Source of the DNA: Bilabrum cf. latius
Taxonomy: Eukaryota
DNA length: 64,000 bases
Reading direction: 5' to 3'
Assembly (NCBI GenBank): GCA_965178125.1
Contig: OZ237754.1
Location: forward strand, 434,001 to 498,000
How positions within the stretch are numbered: the stretch's first letter is position 1; each line of letters begins with the position of its first letter. Both the position numbers and the translations under genes were made by a program. Of this stretch, positions 59,426 through 64,000 are shown piece after piece. The notes under the pieces are model-generated. The model saw only the letters and a list, made by a program, of their open reading frames with translations, ran no database searches and was not told where the DNA came from.

Positions 59426-62400
59426 ATGGTGGAGAGTGCGCCAGAAGCGACTGTTTTGGTGCAACTTCGGCAGGGAGAATTGGCGAACATCGGTAGTCAA
59501 ATCCTTGGTAGGCTGAGCGATTTGGCGGCTGCACCAGGAAGCGATAAGCCCAAGAAGAAAAAATTAGTGAGGCCGACTTCCGAAGGCGCTACGGGTGTTT
59601 CAAAGAGCGCTGTCGAGCGAAATCGAGTAGCCGCCGCCTTGGCGCTCGCCCTGCCTTGCCAATCAGAAAGACTGCCAGAGCCGTTTCGGTCCCGCTTGAA
59701 AGGTGTCGAATATCTTTATGATTGTATTTGTGCACGAGAACCACGCTCAGCTGAGGCTGGCAGTGCGAAAGAGGGATCTACACTGGATCGCTACGAAGGT
59801 ATCATGCTTCGACTGGGAATCTAGAAGGCTCCTGATCGGATCGTCAAGTTTGTAGAGGAGATTCTGCAAGCAAATGGTAGCATTTTGCTCATGTATAGTA
59901 CCACTGAGCCGTCCTCATCTGATAGCGACGGCGACTCAGACGCCGACAACAAGTTTGGTTCCGCCGCAGACGGTGGCACGGGGAAGAGAATGCGAGAGTC
60001 CGTCTAGAAGCAGATTGGACCATCCGCTGGCAGCACCGGCAGTTATGGTGGCATCGATGATGGTAACAGCTCAGACGGGATGAAAGTGAATCTCAAGAAG
60101 GCGCGGCGAGGAAGCAGCAACGGTGCACGACAAGCTGCTGCAATCGCCTCGGCCGGCGAAGCTGCAAGTGGGCCCTCGGGGGCAGCCGGCCGGCGCACAC
60201 GCAATCAAACTCGGCAGTCTGGTGCCACCCTCTGGGGCCTTACTGGCGGCGTGCCGACCGCACTTGTCAACCGAGCACGGGCTGCCAGGCAAGCCAGCCG
60301 GGCGCAAAAGAAAGGCCCTGCTGAGGTGATCGAGCTGAGCGACAGCGACAGCGACAGCGATGCGATCGAGGTTGTGACTGGAGGGTCGCAGCCAGCAGGG
60401 GCCGGCCAGAGCGCTCCCTTTGAAATCGACAGCGACGGGGAAGGCATTGCCGCACACCCGGGTTCGAGCGGCGGTGTGTCTGCAAAAAAGTCCAAGAAGA
60501 GAAAGAAGAAGCTCATGCCGTTTAAGCATCACCCTTCGAGTCTTACTGCCGCTAGACTGGTCGAGTCGATACCAGACTTACCAGTAGAGCTAGAGAAGGC
60601 CCCACTTGAGCCCTTTGGTAAAGTAGTACCCGATAGCAGGACTGTCCAGAACGTCGATCCCTAGCTAGCAGCGCGAGCCATCCCGGACTCTAGGTGGTAT
60701 CACCGTAGCGATGACGCCGCTGATGCTCCCAAAACCATACTTCACAGACGCAAGGGCATTGCAACCGTTGTTTCGTGAGTTTTCGTTGCTTCTCGTTAAT
60801 GCACATTGCTGGCTCATTTCCACTTGAAATTGCTTTCGTCAAGCTTGCTAGATTCTTGTTGTCATCGCAGGAATGTTTTCATGCAGAAGACTAGCCCGGT
60901 AATATCTTCGTTTTATTCTCTGTCAGCATGCGGCTTCAACGCGATCGTCAGACCGTGGACTTGGGACCGGGACGAGGTCCGAAGTGCTGACGATGCAGGC
61001 GAACTGGACCCTCTGGACCCAAGTACCGCGCTGGGTGAAGGCAGTGGCGGGCAGGGGCCCCAAATTTCGCAGGCAAGCAGCGTGTCGTTGTCACCTTCTT
61101 CTTCATAGCCATCGAAGTCACCTGCAGGAAGTGCGCCGCTGGCCTAGTCCGCCAGCAGCTCGACTGCAGGAGCAGCTTCGCAGCCTTTGCCTGCTTGGCC
61201 ACTGACTTCCTCTGCTGCGCGAGCTAGCAGGCTTCAGTGTCGATCTGGTTAGCCCGGCCTTGCGTATGCTGGAGGCATCGCAGTACAGCATGATCCGAAT
61301 GAGACTGCGACTTTGACGACAAGCATTCAAGCGTGCCAAGAGCTTATGAGTAATACTGCACCGCCAGTCAGGGCCGTTCCAGAGATTAAGCAGCTTACCA
61401 CTGTACTAGCCGCCATGCTGCTGTCACCTGGACCCCACTCAGGTGCAGACAAGCGATGTGCGGCGCTTGCCGATCGGCTCCAACGAGATGGGCTCTTGGG
61501 ATAGGACACGTCCTCGCCGCTGCGGAAGCTGCTGAATGCATATAAGGCATCCAAGAACGGCGAACAGCCGGCAAGGGAGCCTACAAACACGTAGCAAGTG
61601 GTGTACTTGGGAAGCAACGACGTGACCTCTGGAGACCGTGTGTTTTGGAAGTTCCCGGCACAGCAGTTTTCTCCGTCGATCGAGATGATACCTAGCACGC
61701 TAGAGAGGCTCAGCCCGGGATCATGGCTGTGGGACTCCAGCGTCGACTTCGGACTGTGGTACGCTTCGCTCATGGAGTTTCCAGCCGCGCTGCGAAGACG
61801 GACTGCCCTGGTCACGACTCTCTGGAACCGGACTCGCCAGGCACGCGACCAGGAGGACAGGGCAAAACGCAACGCAGCCATACGGCGCCGTCGTGCAGAA
61901 TCCAAACGGCGGACGAATGCGGCTAAAAGGGAAGGGCAGAAATTCCCAAGCGCTGCAGCAAGGCGCCCGCCTGCTGTGACGAGCGGTAGGGCTATTCACC
62001 ACAAGGTCAAGGGCAAGGCCAGCATGGTAGTCAACAGTACCAAGCAGCAGTCTACGATGAGAACCTCAGCTGAAACGGTTTGGGAACCGGAGGCGTCAAT
62101 GACTGCACCCGTCATGTAGCGCAAGAAGCGCCCGGATGCTGTTCCGGCCTTAAGATCAGCAAACCCTCCCTCTACGGGGATAGGCATGTCATCAAGAATT
62201 GCGAATCGCAAACGCGACGAAGAGCGCGGCGCTGGAACGTTGCCCACATTGCAGGGAATGCAAGAACCGAAGTTGAAGCCCAGGCATGCAGAGCAGTAGA
62301 GAGCCACTCCAGCGAATGGAGGCTTGGGCTAGGCCTTCGACTCTAGCAGCAGCCGTCACGAGAGGAAGGCGGACCCGTCATCCAACCGCCGCAGGAACAC

Positions 62401-64000
62401 TAAGCCTGATCGGCGTGGTACTCACGGCGGTGGTGGAAATCGTCGCAAGAACCGCGGAAGTTCCAACGGGCACGGTCGAAGTCGTGGCAGGGGCGGAGGG
62501 CGGGGCCGTGGGTACGGGTCGAGAGCGAAATCAAGAAGACACGAGAGGCACTAGAGGCACGCGCTCTTTGACGAAGTGACTCGGAGTGCAGCGGCGAGCA
62601 GCAGCTCGAGTCACATCGATGCTCCGCTTAAGTCTCCGCGTGCAGGGCGTAAGCACCAGCAGCAGGAGCAGCCGAAACACCATCGCGAGACAAAGGCCCA
62701 GAGAGCCGATGTACTTGCGAGCGACGACTTATCAAGCCACCCGGACCACCAGCCAAGGGCGTCCACGTCACAAAGAGACAAAACGAGTTTCGACGGACAA
62801 GTAAAGCAGTACAGTGCTATGTCAAAGCAGGATCGCGATGTTAGAAGTCCAGGTCGCACGTCGATGGGTTCTGCTAGGAGCTCTTAGGATGGGCAGCAGC
62901 ATAAGGAGCGTCTTGGGTAGCAACCAATGTCAGCGCAACTCGCTGCCACATCCTTTCGGTTGGATGTGGCAACGCATGCGAGCCAGCGTAAGCCCGAGGC
63001 TCGGGCGCGGTCTCCAAGTGACAGCGATTTTGGAGTTGGATCGAACGAGGATGAGTTGCTTGGGCGCTAGTCCTCCCGGGCCGGGACCCTGATTCCTAGG
63101 CCGTCTGCGTCGGACCCCCCTTCCAATGCAAGAGCACGCGGAGCTTCAGAAGGCTTGCAGGGAAGCAATCGCCCGCGACCCTCAGCCTCCCAACCCTCCG
63201 TTTCGAACTCTCTCATGAATCTCAGTCAGAAGCCCGCATCGAGTATCGCGGCTGGCAAGCGCAGTAGCAGCATTGGTGGCGCCAGCAAGAGTTCTGGGCA
63301 GGTCCCGATGGGAGATGATGACGATGTTGATGCTCCTACAGCGACCATGCCCTCCACTAGGGTGAAGCAAGGCGCTGCTGGCGCGGAACGAGTTGCCTTG
63401 GGGAGCGTTCCAATGGACGGTGGACCAGTATCTGGGTCGGATGATGTGTATTCCTCGCCTGCTCGAAGACCTCAACGTGCCCGCAGACCAGCCTCGCAAG
63501 CGATTGCAGTGGAAGGTTCTAGTGAATCTGACGAGGACTTGCCAGATGTGGTCACATCTCCTTCTCGTGCTGCCAAGGGCAGGGCGGCAAGCCCGTCCCC
63601 ACCCAAGCTAGCTCACGGCAAGGGCAAGCGCAGCAATCAGAGTGCGAAAGCTGGCAAGGCCTCCCCTGGCAAGAGGAAGAAGAGAAACAGACCTACTGCC
63701 CGCGTCAATCCCTTGAAAGCAGAGCCTGTCGGCTGTCAGCACCCAGGTAAGCCCGCGCTGAAGAACCGCATGATGAAACGCACCTTCTACAAGGTCGACA
63801 GTGTCAGGCGCTTCATTCGCACCGCGGAGCACAGGCATCACGTGAATCTCACAGCTCTTGGAACAGATGCATGGGAGCAGAAGCAGTCGTTTGATCCTAC
63901 TGAAGCTATGGCCCAAGCCCACGCCGAGAAGATTGAGCCTGAACCTGAAAGCGAGGAGGATGACGCAGTGCCCGAGGCGCTTGACATCGTGAAAACGTTT
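59426..64000 (+). CDS. Ulp2/SENP6-7-like SUMO protease (peptidase C48) candidate, 3'-partial; join(59426..60774,60871..>64000); about 15 TAGs
   Basis: SUMO-interacting-type motif EVIELSDSDSDSDAIEVV, basic NLS-like KKSKKRKKK and a C48-like domain start SIEMIPSTLERLSPGSWLWDSSVDFGLWY. The frame is open to the window end except for TAGs. The catalytic His/Asp/Cys residues are not seen in the window. Confidence 0.75.
60775..60870 (+). other. Spliceosomal intron (96 nt)
   Basis: GTGAGT donor and ATCGCAG acceptor; T-rich and contains the only in-frame TGA and TAA in this reading frame. Confidence 0.88.

Noticed and set aside
63746-63760. Possible intron donor CAG|GTAAGC near the window end
   Set aside because: The reading frame stays open and protein-like through to 64000, so no intron is required. 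It cannot be fully excluded.
1-64000. Interpreting the TAG-interrupted genes as pseudogenes or as products of C-to-T hypermutation or sequencing error
   Set aside because: Decay or deamination would also create TAA (from CAA), TGA (from CGA or TGG) and frameshifts. None was found in about 18,000 codons, and catalytic motifs are intact.

Overview
Gene-dense, GC-rich, intron-poor eukaryotic nuclear DNA from a free-living heterotrophic protist. The style resembles Cafeteria-like bicosoecid stramenopiles, but that is an inference. The main result is that the window does not use the standard genetic code: TAG is a sense codon for glutamine. All 17 protein genes I can reconstruct contain in-frame TAG codons (about 130 by manual count). 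None has an internal in-frame TAA or TGA, and all 15 genes whose 3' end is in the window stop at TGA. TAGs sit at strongly conserved Gln positions (carnitine acyltransferase 'SPDALV*MALQ' and 'LFDF*RFLPPLP', RCC1 'AI*VTCG', GT92, TatD) and inside poly-Gln tracts. Read with TAG=Gln, the fragmented ORF track collapses into intact genes: a giant fibrocystin-L-like surface protein (partial), GH89 NAGLU, a cationic amino-acid transporter, a RING-CH membrane protein, two probable mitochondrial RAP-like proteins, TatD, a Zn2Cys6 transcription factor, an RCC1-repeat protein, a GT92-like glycosyltransferase, a carnitine acyltransferase with PTS1, an EF-hand mitochondrial carrier, ataxin-3, a multipass membrane protein, a 119-aa membrane protein absent from the ORF track, a 2563-aa SPRY protein and a Ulp/SENP-like protein (partial). 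Six short GT-AG introns and a few local repeats are also visible. No RNA genes, CRISPR arrays or clear mobile elements were found. All translations and counts were done by hand, and family assignments come from recalled motifs rather than database searches.
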